From an uncultured Bacteroidota bacterium (GTDB taxonomy: Bacteria > Bacteroidota > Bacteroidia > Bacteroidales > SZUA-534): a DNA stretch of 64,000 nt. The stretch lies in contig CAMKOM010000001.1 in assembly GCA_946414435.1 (NCBI GenBank), positions 42,402-106,401 on the forward strand. The letters are read 5' to 3'. Position 1 is the first letter of the stretch. Each line of letters begins with the position of its first letter. This document shows, piece after piece, positions 29,149-38,932 of this stretch. Made by a program: the position numbers and the translations under genes. The notes beneath the pieces were generated by a model that made no database searches, was not told where the DNA came from, and saw only the letters and a program-made list of their open reading frames with translations.

Positions 29149-30600
29149 CTACTTCTTCACAAACTCAACACGACGGTTACGGGCACGGCCTTCGTCGGTG
29201 CCGTTGTCGGCCAATGGCGTTGTCTGACCTTTGCCAACGGCAGTCAGGCGGTCGGCACTGACGCCCAACTCGGTGAGTTTGGCCACAATGGCTTGGGCAC
29301 GCTGCTCGCTAAGCGTCTGATTGGCAGCAGCATTGCCAGTTGCATCGGTATGGCCCTGAACTTCGAATTTCAAGTCGGGGTTCTCCTGCATCAGCTTGAC
29401 AATGCGGTTGATTTCGCCCATCGACTCGGGTTTGATAACCGATTTGCCAACATCGAAGGTGATGCCGTAGGTGATGAAACGTCCGTCAGTCATCATTCGG
29501 TCGTAGAGTGGCACGGCGCCTTTAGCTATACGGACATTACGGATATAAGCAGGATACTCTTTTGCCGCATTGCCGTAGCCAAAACACAGCCAACTGTCTC
29601 TGCGATTGTAGTTTGGAATATTTACAACACGTTTCTCGTCAACATAAATTTTAACCGCGCGCTTGTTGACCGACATTGAAACGTGATGCCATTTGTTGTA
29701 TCCGTAATTCTCGACATTCTGTTCTGTTGAAGCTCTATCGCTATCAATTTTTTCCCAACGGCAAGAGAATTGGCGATACCTTTCATTATGTGTAAACGCC
29801 CATTCACTGACATAATTGTCAAAAGAAAAAGCAAGATTGTCGTCTCCAAGCCAAGTGCTTTCGCTTTTGCATAATTTGTATTCTATATAGCCATAATCCT
29901 GTCCATCGCTCTCATAATTATCGTAATAATCGAACTCAACCGTATATGTTTCACCCAAATAATTGTCGGTTTTCATAAGCGGCTTGATATGACAGCCTGA
30001 ATACATTGCTATCACGTTTTCACCGTTAACTTTGGCTATCTCACATTCACCTTCAACCAAATCCCACATCGACGGGAACTCACCCAACTGCTCGCCTGCG
30101 AGTTGGTCATAGAAAAAGCACTCATCGCCAGGCACAAAGTCGAATTTGTTCCATTCCGAGCCGGCTTTCATATTGGCATTAGCGCCATCGGCTCGTTTCG
30201 CCCCGCAGTTGTTGCAGAATTTGCCGGTGTTGCCGTCGGTGCCGCACTGCGGGCATTTCCACGATGCATTGGCTTGTGCTTCAGGCTTTTTTGCGCCGCA
30301 CTCGTTGCAGAACTTGCCAGTGTTGCCACCTGCGCCGCAACTCTCGCACGTCCAGCCGCCTGCATTGGTAGCCGGTGTTTCTTCGCTCTGCTCCTGATAT
30401 TCCTCATTAGCGTTGTTTTTCTTGGCGTTGCCGTCGAGAGCGTCGTAAACGGCATCTTCAACTTTCTCCTCAACCTTGCGTTCAACGGCGCGTTCAGCAG
30501 CCCGCTTCGCCGCGTTGTTCAGGCGGTTCATATTGATTTGCGCGTCGGCGGCCACCGATGCGAAAATCACTCCAAATGCAATCAAAGCAAATTTTTTCAT
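29149..30600 (-). CDS. Exported protein: two Cys4 zinc-ribbon motifs, central beta-rich domain, C-terminal OmpA-like peptidoglycan-binding domain
   Basis: Signal peptide MKKFALIAFGVIFASVAADAQ. WTCESCGAGGNTGKFCNECGAKK and WKCPQCGTDGNTGKFCNNCGAKR. OmpA-like C-terminus VQGHTDATGNAAANQTLSEQRAQAIV...NRRVEF. Confidence 0.8.
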   Translation of the reverse strand: MKKFALIAFGVIFASVAADAQINMNRLNNAAKRAAERAVERKVEEKVEDAVYDALDGNAKKNNANEEYQEQSEETPATNAGGWTCESCGAGGNTGKFCNECGAKKPEAQANASWKCPQCGTDGNTGKFCNNCGAKRADGANANMKAGSEWNKFDFVPGDECFFYDQLAGEQLGEFPSMWDLVEGECEIAKVNGENVIAMYSGCHIKPLMKTDNYLGETYTVEFDYYDNYESDGQDYGYIEYKLCKSESTWLGDDNLAFSFDNYVSEWAFTHNERYRQFSCRWEKIDSDRASTEQNVENYGYNKWHHVSMSVNKRAVKIYVDEKRVVNIPNYNRRDSWLCFGYGNAAKEYPAYIRNVRIAKGAVPLYDRMMTDGRFITYGITFDVGKSVIKPESMGEINRIVKLMQENPDLKFEVQGHTDATGNAAANQTLSEQRAQAIVAKLTELGVSADRLTAVGKGQTTPLADNGTDEGRARNRRVEFVKK

Positions 30601-30639
30601 ATCGAATTAATTTTAAGTTTTATATTAAATATCAATCAT

Positions 30640-31947
30640 TTACCATCCTTCTGTAAGAAGTGCGAAATCGCAAGCATTCAGTGTCAAGATGTGCTTGTCG
30701 CGGTCCAAAGTGAGCGAAACCGTGTAATTGCCTTTCACGAATGTCACGTGGTGGCAGAATTTTTCGTCATCATAATAACCGTTTTTCTTAGTGAATCCGG
30801 CTTTTTCGAGACGTGCGCAATACTTGTTGAATCCGTTAAGCGAGAAGCATGGGAACTCATATTCGCGCAACTCCCAGTGCGTTCCGGGCTTCTTGTTTGT
30901 GCCGTCGAAACTGTCGTCGGGGTCAAACTCCCAATAATCGGCCTGAGTGTTGTGGCACACACCGGCTTCAAGTTTTCCTGTCGGATAGCCCTCAACAGGC
31001 ATCGGCACACCGTCGAACACGTCAACCGACTCCTTATTGTGCGGCACAAACGCAAGCTCGTACGAGTACTCTCCATCGTGACCTAACGATTTGCGGCAGG
31101 TCATATAGGCAAAATAGTCGTTGCCGTACATCATCCACTTGTAGTCGTAGCCTTTGTCCATCTCCTCCCTGCCGTACTTGTCGGGCCGGCGGGTGGGTGC
31201 GAATCCGTTCTTTTCAAGTTCCGTCAGCAGATAGTCCATCAGCTCAATTGACGCATAGCAGTCCATATTGTAATAGACGCAATGCGGTGTGTTTCTGTCA
31301 ATTGCATACAATCCGTATTGGCGGTTTTCAGACAACATCGCCGTCTCGTCATAAGGGCGGTAGTTCATCTGCAATTCGCGCAAAGCGATGTTTTCAGGTT
31401 TCATGGGGAACGATTTCGGCATCAGATAGTCGTCCCAATACTCTTGCAGTCCAAACGTACCCTCAGCGCGGTAATACTCCCAACCGCCCATTGTATACTG
31501 TGTTCGCGGGTATTTGATAGGCGATTTTTTGATGTACTCCAACGACGCATCTTTTGATGTATGGCTGAAAGCCGGGTCGTTTTTCTGATTGAAATGCAGG
31601 GCGTCGATTCGGGCTTCTTCAGCCTCAATCTGCTTGAGTTGCGCTGCGGCGGCAGCATTCTGCTCGGCCTCGGCTTGATTGCGTGCGACCTGCTCGGCGG
31701 CTTGCTTCTCCTGTGCGGTCATCTGCTTGGCGCCACATTCGGCACAGAAATTGCCCGTGTTGCCGCTGTGGTTGCACTTGTCGCACGTCCACGTTGATTT
31801 CGATGAGTTTGAATTCGATTTGTTGTTCGATGAATTCTGCTGCTTCATCACACCTTGCGCGGCCTTCTGCAGCTTATTCAGATTGATTTGGGCGTCGGCC
31901 GCAACAGCAAGCATAAGCGCCGCCACCGCCAATAGCATTTTCTTCAT
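30640..31947 (-). CDS. Exported protein with one Cys4 zinc-ribbon motif; N-terminal paralog of the downstream OmpA-domain gene
   Basis: Signal peptide MKKMLLAVAALMLAVAADAQINLNKL (compare ...SVAADAQINMNRL in the neighbour). WTCDKCNHSGNTGNFCAECGAKQ. Confidence 0.7.
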   Translation of the reverse strand: MKKMLLAVAALMLAVAADAQINLNKLQKAAQGVMKQQNSSNNKSNSNSSKSTWTCDKCNHSGNTGNFCAECGAKQMTAQEKQAAEQVARNQAEAEQNAAAAAQLKQIEAEEARIDALHFNQKNDPAFSHTSKDASLEYIKKSPIKYPRTQYTMGGWEYYRAEGTFGLQEYWDDYLMPKSFPMKPENIALRELQMNYRPYDETAMLSENRQYGLYAIDRNTPHCVYYNMDCYASIELMDYLLTELEKNGFAPTRRPDKYGREEMDKGYDYKWMMYGNDYFAYMTCRKSLGHDGEYSYELAFVPHNKESVDVFDGVPMPVEGYPTGKLEAGVCHNTQADYWEFDPDDSFDGTNKKPGTHWELREYEFPCFSLNGFNKYCARLEKAGFTKKNGYYDDEKFCHHVTFVKGNYTVSLTLDRDKHILTLNACDFALLTEGW

Positions 31948-32069
31948 ACTGCGTTTGTTTTTAAAGTTTTAACAAACATAGTGAAAATTTGTTAGTTACA
32001 ACACTACGCGCGTAGAGAATTTTAGGCCAACGCGTTACCTATGAATTGTCGGCTGAACTCTTTGTGGCT

Positions 32070-33350
32070 TCACTCCTCCACTCCCATCGCCTTCAGAATG
32101 GCCTTGTGGCAGACGGGGCAGAAAGTTTTTGGCGTGTTTGAGCGCATAATGCAATCTTGAACAGGGCTGTAGATTCCTTTGGTTTGGTATCCGCCGCCCT
32201 CAAAAACGCCAACTTTGCCCAAGTAAGATTCGGTGCGCGGTGTTGGAACCGGCGTTGCAACATCGAGCATCGACTTCCACTTCGAGTCAAAATCGATGAG
32301 CGTGGTGATGTTAGGCTCCCACGGCTCACGCTGAAGGCTGTACATCTCCTCGTTGGCCTCGTCGGCGTAGAAATACTCGTCGGCCAAGCCGGCAAACGAG
32401 TGGCCGAACTCGTGCACCATCACCCGCAGCGACAGATTGTGGTCGGCGGTACCGGCGCAATAGAAATTGTAGAACCCGCCCCCGCCATACTCGCTAGTAT
32501 TCACCAATATAATAATGTGCTCGTAGGGCACGGCGGCTGCAATGTCGTGGACGGATTCCATATCGAACGTCGTCAAATAGCGGTCGACATCGAAAGTGCT
32601 GAATGTGAAGTTCATAGCCGTGTTGCGGAAGATGCCGCGGTTTGGAATATCGGTGCCGCTCTCCGCTGACGGCGACTCAACAGCATAGACATTGAACCGG
32701 TCCTTGTGGCTGCTATATGGCTCAACACCAGCCATATAACTCCAAAAGCGATTGACATCGGCGCGGAACTTATCCATTTGGTCGGCGGTGTAACCCTCGG
32801 CCAAAAAGGCGATGTCGATTTTCGTGCCCACATCATCGCATCCTTGCACAACGGTGTAATTCAGCGGTTTAGCGCTTTCGCGACGGATGAATTTGCTCTT
32901 TGGATTGATAAAAAATTCCGAAATCAGAGAATTGCCGGGCTTGTCATAATTGGTGCGCTCAAGGCGGAAAAGCACTGTGCGGCGCGGCATTGGCACAAGG
33001 CTGACGTGGTAAAACGATGCCGTGGTTGTGAGTGCCTCGGGCGACTGCTGCCACTCGTTGAAAATACTGCTGAAACCATTGCTGTAGAGCAATTTACCGG
33101 TAGCCGAATCGACAACCGAAATGCGATAATTGCCCAATTGTGCCGGTTCTGCGCATACGCGCTTCGGCCCGGCCCAAACACCCTGAGCTTTTAGTTCCTT
33201 GAGCACAGCCGTCTCACCTTCACGATTGCCCACAAGCTCATAATCAACGCGCAAACATTCATCAGTAAAAAACTGGTGATAATCATCGCTTTGCGCCATC
33301 ATCGGCTCGACCGAAAACGCAAAAGCGACAAGCAGACAAAGCTTTTTCAT
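32070..33350 (-). CDS. M64 family (IgA-peptidase-like) zinc metallopeptidase
   Basis: Start moved to MKKLCLLVAFAFS (33350), which removes the overlap with the upstream gene. Zinc motif HEFGHSFAGLADEY. Confidence 0.8.
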   Translation of the reverse strand: MKKLCLLVAFAFSVEPMMAQSDDYHQFFTDECLRVDYELVGNREGETAVLKELKAQGVWAGPKRVCAEPAQLGNYRISVVDSATGKLLYSNGFSSIFNEWQQSPEALTTTASFYHVSLVPMPRRTVLFRLERTNYDKPGNSLISEFFINPKSKFIRRESAKPLNYTVVQGCDDVGTKIDIAFLAEGYTADQMDKFRADVNRFWSYMAGVEPYSSHKDRFNVYAVESPSAESGTDIPNRGIFRNTAMNFTFSTFDVDRYLTTFDMESVHDIAAAVPYEHIIILVNTSEYGGGGFYNFYCAGTADHNLSLRVMVHEFGHSFAGLADEYFYADEANEEMYSLQREPWEPNITTLIDFDSKWKSMLDVATPVPTPRTESYLGKVGVFEGGGYQTKGIYSPVQDCIMRSNTPKTFCPVCHKAILKAMGVEE

Positions 33351-33405
33351 AATTGTGGATTTTTGCCCCGGAATTTGAAAAAAATCGGCGGCGACCGAAA
33401 GAAGA

Positions 33406-33792
33406 TTAGTTTTCGTCGACAATCAGATTGAACTCGAGATTCACGCGCTCCGAATAAATTTCGCCGGCCTCAAGCATCTCCTCGTCGTCGTCTTTATAGT
33501 ACCAATTGATGCAACACTTACTGCCAGAGCGGTTTATGGCCTCGAACTTCTTCATAATGTCGAGAAAAACCTTCGAGCTTGAAGTGTTGAAATAAATCAT
33601 CTTAAAATTGATTTCAGTAGAGGCATTGGGCTGCATTGCATACTCGTCAATCCAGTTCAAAATGGGCTTGTAGAAACCCAGCGGATTTTCAGGCAACGAT
33701 TTTCCTTTAAACAAAAAAACGTTGCTGTCCTTGTCGAGAACGACCTCTGGGGTCAACTCACTGCTTTCAATAATCAAAGGGGCAATTGCCAT
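33406..33792 (-). CDS. DUF1987 / SiaC-like small regulatory protein
   Basis: 128 aa. TPEVVLDKDSNVFLFKGKSLPENPLGFYKPILNWIDEY and INFKMIYFNTSSSK parallel the second copy at 54143 (TPKACFDKEQNTFSLSGRSIPENAIDIYAPIIDWWQQY, MNFEYINSSSMK). Confidence 0.7.
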   Translation of the reverse strand: MAIAPLIIESSELTPEVVLDKDSNVFLFKGKSLPENPLGFYKPILNWIDEYAMQPNASTEINFKMIYFNTSSSKVFLDIMKKFEAINRSGSKCCINWYYKDDDEEMLEAGEIYSERVNLEFNLIVDEN

Positions 33793-33980
33793 ACCTAATT
33801 ATATTTAAAGACGCTTGTAAATGTGTTGCCTTTCGGCGATGTGTTGTGGCGGCAAATATAAATAAAAGCCGTTACTTGATACTTTTTTTTCCGTAAAATC
33901 GAAATTGATTAATAACCAATAATTAACATTTCGTCCTCTACGCCAATTTTTATCAGTGTTGGAATAAAAATACAATAGAC

Positions 33981-34024
33981 TTATCTTATATCTTATATCT
34001 TTTGCCTTGTGCCTATTGCCTTGT
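33981..34024. repeat. Short tandem/direct word repeats in a divergent promoter region
   Basis: TTATATC x2 (33986-33999), then TTGCCTTGT-GCCTA-TTGCCTTGT (34002-34024). Confidence 0.8.
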
Positions 34025-34030
34025 AAAAAC

Positions 34031-34038
34031 TATATTTG
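34031..34038 (+). promoter_or_regulatory. Bacteroidota -7 promoter box TATATTTG
   Basis: Exact TAnnTTTG match, 20 nt upstream of the ATG at 34059. Confidence 0.45.
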
Positions 34039-34058
34039 CGCCCTGAAAAACGAACAAG

Positions 34059-35351
34059 ATGCCGAAAAAGGTCGCATACATATCACTTGGCTGTAAGTTG
34101 AATTTCTCAGAGACGTCGTGGATTGCGCAGCAGTTTGAGAATGCTGGCTATCAGCGTGTCGACAATCACGAGCAAGCCGATGTGGTGGTGGTGAACACCT
34201 GCACCGTGACCGAGCTTGCCAACAAGAAAAGCCGACAGGCCATTCACAAGATTCTGAACCGCACGCCCCAAACCATTCTGGTGGCCATTGGGTGCTACAC
34301 TCAACTCAAACCCGACGAAGTGGCTGCCATTCAAGGTGTTGACTACATTTTCGGTTCCGACAACAAGATGGACCTGACCGACATTATCAGCAACCTGCGG
34401 AAACAGCCGAAACCAGTGATTTCCGTCACAAAAGAGAGCCGCATTTTTGAGCCGATATACTCGTTTGGCGACCGCACCCGCAGTTTCTTCAAGGTGCAGG
34501 ACGGCTGCGACTATTTCTGCGCCTACTGCACCATTCCGCACGCCCGCGGACGTAGCCGAAGCAACACCGTAGAGCGCACCGTGGCCGTGGCTCGCGAAGC
34601 CGTAGAACGTGGAATCCGCGAGATTGTGCTCACAGGCGTGAACATTGGCGATTTCGGCCGCGCCAACGGCGAGAATCTGTTCCAACTGCTCACCGAACTT
34701 GAGCGGATTCAAGGGCTGAAACGCCTGCGCATATCGTCGATTGAGCCAAACCTGCTCACCGACCAGATTATCCGCCACGTGGTTGATTCTGAAGTGATTA
34801 TGCCACACTTTCACATTCCGCTGCAATGCGGCACCGACCGTCTGCTATCGCTGATGCACCGCCGATATACAACCGATTTCTACGCACGCCGTATCGAGTT
34901 GATTAAAAGCCTGATACCCGATGCGTGCATTGCCGCCGACGTGATTGTTGGCGTGCCAACCGAATCGGAAACGGACTTCGACGAAGCGTGCCGATTTGTG
35001 CGCTCGCTACCCCTGTCCTACCTGCACGTCTTCCCCTATTCGGAACGCGCTAACACGTTGGCAGTCAAGATGCAAATGGTGCCGAACGAGATTCGCAAGC
35101 ACCGCAGCCAGCAGATGATTGCAATGGGCGCAGAAATGACGAAAGTGTTTATCGTCAGCCAGATAGGCAAAACACGCCCCGTTCTTTTCGAAGGCGAGCA
35201 CGCCCGTGGCGAGATGTGCGGCTTCACCGACAATTACATAAAAGTGAAAGTTCAAACCAACCAAAACCTTGTGAATCAGTTACGTGACGTTGAACTTCTG
35301 CAACCACTTGGCGGTGACGAAGTAAATGGACAATTGAAAATTGAAAGTTGA
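34059..35351 (+). CDS. mtaB: Radical SAM methylthiotransferase, MtaB-like
   Basis: MTTase N-domain YISLGCKLNFSETS...VVNTCTVT. rSAM cluster CDYFCAYC. TRAM-like C-terminus. A length of 430 aa fits MtaB better than MiaB; RimO is not excluded. Confidence 0.65.
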   Translation: MPKKVAYISLGCKLNFSETSWIAQQFENAGYQRVDNHEQADVVVVNTCTVTELANKKSRQAIHKILNRTPQTILVAIGCYTQLKPDEVAAIQGVDYIFGSDNKMDLTDIISNLRKQPKPVISVTKESRIFEPIYSFGDRTRSFFKVQDGCDYFCAYCTIPHARGRSRSNTVERTVAVAREAVERGIREIVLTGVNIGDFGRANGENLFQLLTELERIQGLKRLRISSIEPNLLTDQIIRHVVDSEVIMPHFHIPLQCGTDRLLSLMHRRYTTDFYARRIELIKSLIPDACIAADVIVGVPTESETDFDEACRFVRSLPLSYLHVFPYSERANTLAVKMQMVPNEIRKHRSQQMIAMGAEMTKVFIVSQIGKTRPVLFEGEHARGEMCGFTDNYIKVKVQTNQNLVNQLRDVELLQPLGGDEVNGQLKIES

Positions 35352-35437
35352 AAAATGAAAGGATATCGGGATTACCGACAAAACTAATGCCTAACACCAA
35401 AACTTATAACTTCTAAAACTTAAAACTTATAACCCAA
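35331..35437. repeat. Word-repeat spacer that starts inside the last codons of the upstream gene
   Basis: CAATTGAAAATTGAAAGTTGAAAAATGAAAGG, then AAACTTATAACTTCTAAAACTTAAAACTTATAACCC. AACTTATAAC occurs at 35401-35410, 35424-35433 and 50526-50535. Confidence 0.85.
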
Positions 35438-36226
35438 ATGTTTGATATAGAAAGAATTGAAAAACAGACCATTGACATTGTGCGGGAAGTTGGCCGATTC
35501 ATTAAGGAACAGCGCGCACAGTTCGATGCAAGCAAAATTGAGCATAAAGGACTGCACGATTATGTGTCATACGTCGACAAAGGCTCTGAACGCCAACTAG
35601 TTGACGGCTTGAGTCGGATTCTGCCAGGCAGCGGATTCATTGTTGAAGAGAACACCGCGGGGCACTCAACCGAAGACGACATTTGGATTATCGACCCGCT
35701 CGACGGCACCACAAATTTCCTGCACAATGTCTATCCGTTTGCCATAAGCGTGGCGCTGCAGCACAAGGGCGAGCTGGCGCTGGGCATTGTTTACGAACTT
35801 GGCCGCGACGAGTTGTTCCACTCGGCAGGCAATGGTGCATTCTGCAACGGTAAGCCCATCAGCGCGTCAGCAGCACCCGATTTGGAACAAAGCCTGATTG
35901 TAACAGGCTTTCCGATAAGCAAATACGGCCGTCTCGACGGACACGTTGCCACCGTGAAAGAGATTGTGCTGCACTCGCAGGGCATTCGCCGCACAGGTTC
36001 GGCAGCATCGGACCTTGCATACGTTGCCTGCGGCCGCTTCGACGGCTATTTCGAGTATGGATTGAACCCGTGGGACGTGGCCGCTGGTGCATTCATCGCA
36101 CAGCAGGCTGGCGCACTAGTGAGCGACTACTGCGGCGGCACCGACTATCTGTTTGGTGGCGAAATACTTGCGGCAAGCAAGAACGTTTATCCGCGACTGC
36201 TTGAGATTTTGAAAGCGAAGATGTAA
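35438..36226 (+). CDS. Inositol monophosphatase family protein (SuhB-like)
   Basis: Motifs WIIDPLDGTTNF and the SAASDLAYVACGRFDGY region. Confidence 0.85.
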   Translation: MFDIERIEKQTIDIVREVGRFIKEQRAQFDASKIEHKGLHDYVSYVDKGSERQLVDGLSRILPGSGFIVEENTAGHSTEDDIWIIDPLDGTTNFLHNVYPFAISVALQHKGELALGIVYELGRDELFHSAGNGAFCNGKPISASAAPDLEQSLIVTGFPISKYGRLDGHVATVKEIVLHSQGIRRTGSAASDLAYVACGRFDGYFEYGLNPWDVAAGAFIAQQAGALVSDYCGGTDYLFGGEILAASKNVYPRLLEILKAKM

Positions 36227-36269
36227 GATTTAGGCAAAAAGGCATCAGACAAGGTATAAGTGACTATAA

Positions 36270-36300
36270 AATTACGAGTTACGAATTTTGAATTACGAAC
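36270..36300. repeat. ATTACGA-type word repeat
   Basis: AATTACGAGTTACGAATTTTGAATTACGAAC. TTTTGAATTACGA and AATTACGAAC recur at 37804-37839. Confidence 0.85.
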
Positions 36301-36408
36301 TAATTCCACTTAATCTATTCGCCATAAACCTTACACATTAATCATTATACATTACACTGATTCAAATTCGCAGAAATCGCCTACATTTACGCGCTAAATT
36401 AAACGGAA

Positions 36409-37791
36409 ATGAAACGGACATTGATTCTATTTTTCGCCTTAATGGGCAGTTTATTGGCTAACAGCCAGCAACTTAACGTTAATTTCGACTATGCGGTTTA
36501 TATGCTGTCCGACAAACGCTCGTATGTTGAGACCTATCTGCTAATCGACGGGAAATCAGTCAACTACACTGTAAACGACGTTAATCTGGAATCGAAAATC
36601 GATGTTACAATGATTTTCAAAAACGCCGACGACCTGGTTGAGTTCCGCCACTTTATTGTCGGCAACCCGCCCCTGCCCGACACCACCGATGTCTTTCCCG
36701 ATTTTACCGATGTGCAGCGAATTTTCATTCCGCAGGGAATCTACAATTTTGAACTGAAAATCAAAGATTTGAATGCGCCGAAAGAGTATCAGAAAACCAT
36801 CACCCGACACGAGATTATCGCCATCGATATTCCGCAGAAACAGGTGGCACTCAGCGGAATAGAACTTCTTGAGAGTTTCACGCCGAAACTTGAGCGCACA
36901 ATCAACCTAAAAAACGGAAACGAGTGCATCCCATACTGCCGCGACACAATTCCGCAAGATGCTGAATATCTGCGGTTTTACGTCGAACTTTACAACGTTG
37001 CCACCGAAACTGACGGTCTTGGCGACTGCAACGTCCACACCTGCATCCGCGACGCTCACACGCAGAAAACCATTGCCGGCCACTCATCGACCACAAAGGT
37101 TAAAGCGCTGAACTACTATCAGTTTATGAAAGAAATCGACATTAAGCGGCTGCCTACCGGAAAGTATTTTCTAACCATTGAAATCCGCGACCGCTACGAC
37201 AAAGCCATTGGCTCGGCAACAAAATATTTTGAGCGCAAAAACCCTGGCGTAACGGCGCCAAGCTACACTTCGGCCGGGAAAACTCTGCGCAGCGCGGCAA
37301 TGTACGCCAATGCCGACACAGTAGCCAACATACTGAAAGATATGAAGTTGATTGCCGACAGCACCGAACTTGGCACCATCGACAAAGCCGTGGCGTCGGC
37401 CGATATGATTGTGATGCAGCAGACGCTCTACGATTTCTGGATTCAGCGCAACCAGTTCGACCCCGACAACGCTTTGGCCAACTTTGTGCGCCGCGCCAAT
37501 GCCGCAAACCTTCAACAGTGCAGCCCCGACCAAAAGCTGCTGATGCTGCGCTACGGCATTCCAAACACCATTGTGGACCGCACCGACGCCGCCAATCCGT
37601 TTGTGGTTTGGCATTACTACAAAATCGGCAACCTGACCAACATTAAGTTTGTGTTCACGCCCAATGGCGACGCTCTCACGCTTTTGCACAGCAATATGCC
37701 CTGCGAACGGCAGAACGATGACTGGCGAAATGTATTGTTCGCCAACGGCCAGCCGGCACAAAACGATGCGGAAATATTTGAAGGACTGTAA
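36409..37791 (+). CDS. Exported protein of unknown function (possible degenerate GWxTD-like C-terminal domain)
   Basis: Signal peptide MKRTLILFFALMGSLLANSQ. C-terminal LRYGIPNTIVDRTDAANPFVVWHYYKIG...FVF loosely resembles the GWxTD domain end; the family call is weak. Confidence 0.45.
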   Translation: MKRTLILFFALMGSLLANSQQLNVNFDYAVYMLSDKRSYVETYLLIDGKSVNYTVNDVNLESKIDVTMIFKNADDLVEFRHFIVGNPPLPDTTDVFPDFTDVQRIFIPQGIYNFELKIKDLNAPKEYQKTITRHEIIAIDIPQKQVALSGIELLESFTPKLERTINLKNGNECIPYCRDTIPQDAEYLRFYVELYNVATETDGLGDCNVHTCIRDAHTQKTIAGHSSTTKVKALNYYQFMKEIDIKRLPTGKYFLTIEIRDRYDKAIGSATKYFERKNPGVTAPSYTSAGKTLRSAAMYANADTVANILKDMKLIADSTELGTIDKAVASADMIVMQQTLYDFWIQRNQFDPDNALANFVRRANAANLQQCSPDQKLLMLRYGIPNTIVDRTDAANPFVVWHYYKIGNLTNIKFVFTPNGDALTLLHSNMPCERQNDDWRNVLFANGQPAQNDAEIFEGL

Positions 37792-37803
37792 GTTATTTTT
37801 GAT

Positions 37804-37840
37804 TTTTGAATTACGATTTATGAATTACGAATTACGAACG
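37804..37840. repeat. ATTACGA-type word repeat
   Basis: TTTTGAATTACGATTTATGAATTACGAATTACGAACG. Confidence 0.85.
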
Positions 37841-37856
37841 GATGTTATTTTGTAAA

Positions 37857-37877
37857 GACGTGGCGCGCCGCGTCTCT
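37857..37877. repeat. GACGCG-family GC-rich hairpin
   Basis: AGACGTGGCG-C-GCCGCGTCT (one G-U pair), no U-tract. Same core as the hairpins at 7264 and 12849. Confidence 0.6.
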
Positions 37878-37910
37878 ACCGCACGTAATCAAAAACAAAT
37901 CCACGATACA

Positions 37911-38792
37911 ATGAAAATTCTGCAACTCATCGGCTACTACCTGACAATGACCATTTTTCTGGCCGTCTGGATTTTGCCGAAACCGCTTCAACAATTGCTT
38001 GCGCTGATAATCTACGTACTTGTAGCACACGTAATAGGCTACCGCAAAAAAGTGATTATCACCAATTTGACAAAATCATTCCCCGAAAAAAGCAAAAAAG
38101 AGATTAACCGCATCGCACGGCGTTATTACCGGCACTTGGCGTATATGATTATTGAGGCTGTAAATCTCAGATTTTCACCACGTAAGCGTATTGCAAAATG
38201 TATGGGCGTGCAAAATCCAGAAGTGTTCCAGCAGCTCATCGACAAAGACCGTAACGTGCTGATAATCTTGGGACATTACGGCAACTGGGAATATGGTTGC
38301 GCAAAGATTGCCAATTTCGACATCCGCACGACGGCAATTTACAAGCGGTTGAGCAGCCCGATTTTTGAACGGTTCTATATGGAAATGCGCTCGAAAACGG
38401 GCGTTGAGCCTATTGAGATGCGCGACACCCTGCGCAAGATGGTTGAGATGCGCGACAGCGGCCGCCGTTTCGCCCTTCTGAGCGTTGCCGACCAAACACC
38501 AACACGCAGCCAAATCCACTACTGGCTGACGTTTTTGAACCAAGACACCGGCGTGTTCATCGGCTCGGAAAGGCTTGCCCAAAAATTCAATATGGCGGTG
38601 CTTTACTGCGAAATTAAACGACTGGGATTCAGTAAGTTCGACACACGTGTTACTCTAATAACCGAAACGCCGAACTCCTGCCCAGAGCATTACATCACCG
38701 ACCGCTTCTATCAACTGCTCGAAACGTCAATACGCGAAGCGCCCGAGAACTGGGTATGGTCGCATAGAAGGTGGAAACATCAGAGAAATTGA
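37911..38792 (+). CDS. Lipid A biosynthesis (LpxL/HtrB-like) late acyltransferase family protein
   Basis: Start moved to ATG 37911 (MKILQLIGYYLT). N-terminal TM. ILGHYGNWEY motif characteristic of the LpxL family. Confidence 0.7.
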   Translation: MKILQLIGYYLTMTIFLAVWILPKPLQQLLALIIYVLVAHVIGYRKKVIITNLTKSFPEKSKKEINRIARRYYRHLAYMIIEAVNLRFSPRKRIAKCMGVQNPEVFQQLIDKDRNVLIILGHYGNWEYGCAKIANFDIRTTAIYKRLSSPIFERFYMEMRSKTGVEPIEMRDTLRKMVEMRDSGRRFALLSVADQTPTRSQIHYWLTFLNQDTGVFIGSERLAQKFNMAVLYCEIKRLGFSKFDTRVTLITETPNSCPEHYITDRFYQLLETSIREAPENWVWSHRRWKHQRN

Positions 38793-38897
38793 AACTTTGG
38801 CAAGGAACTACATTGTGCGAAAAAAATTAGGATAGAAAAAAAAGACGACAAAATTCTGCATAAGAAAAACAAATCGTGTTTTTTTAGAACAAACCTT

Positions 38898-38905
38898 TAT
38901 ATTTG
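38898..38905 (+). promoter_or_regulatory. Bacteroidota -7 promoter box TATATTTG
   Basis: Exact TAnnTTTG match, 27 nt upstream of the ATG at 38933. Confidence 0.45.
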
Positions 38906-38932
38906 TAGTCTTGTAATTACAAACAAAAGAGT

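Noticed and set aside
34059-35351. Linking the MtaB-like radical SAM gene to the RiPP cluster
   Set aside because: It lies 10 kb away in backbone-GC DNA. It has the MTTase N-domain and TRAM layout of tRNA or ribosomal methylthiotransferases, so it is a housekeeping gene.
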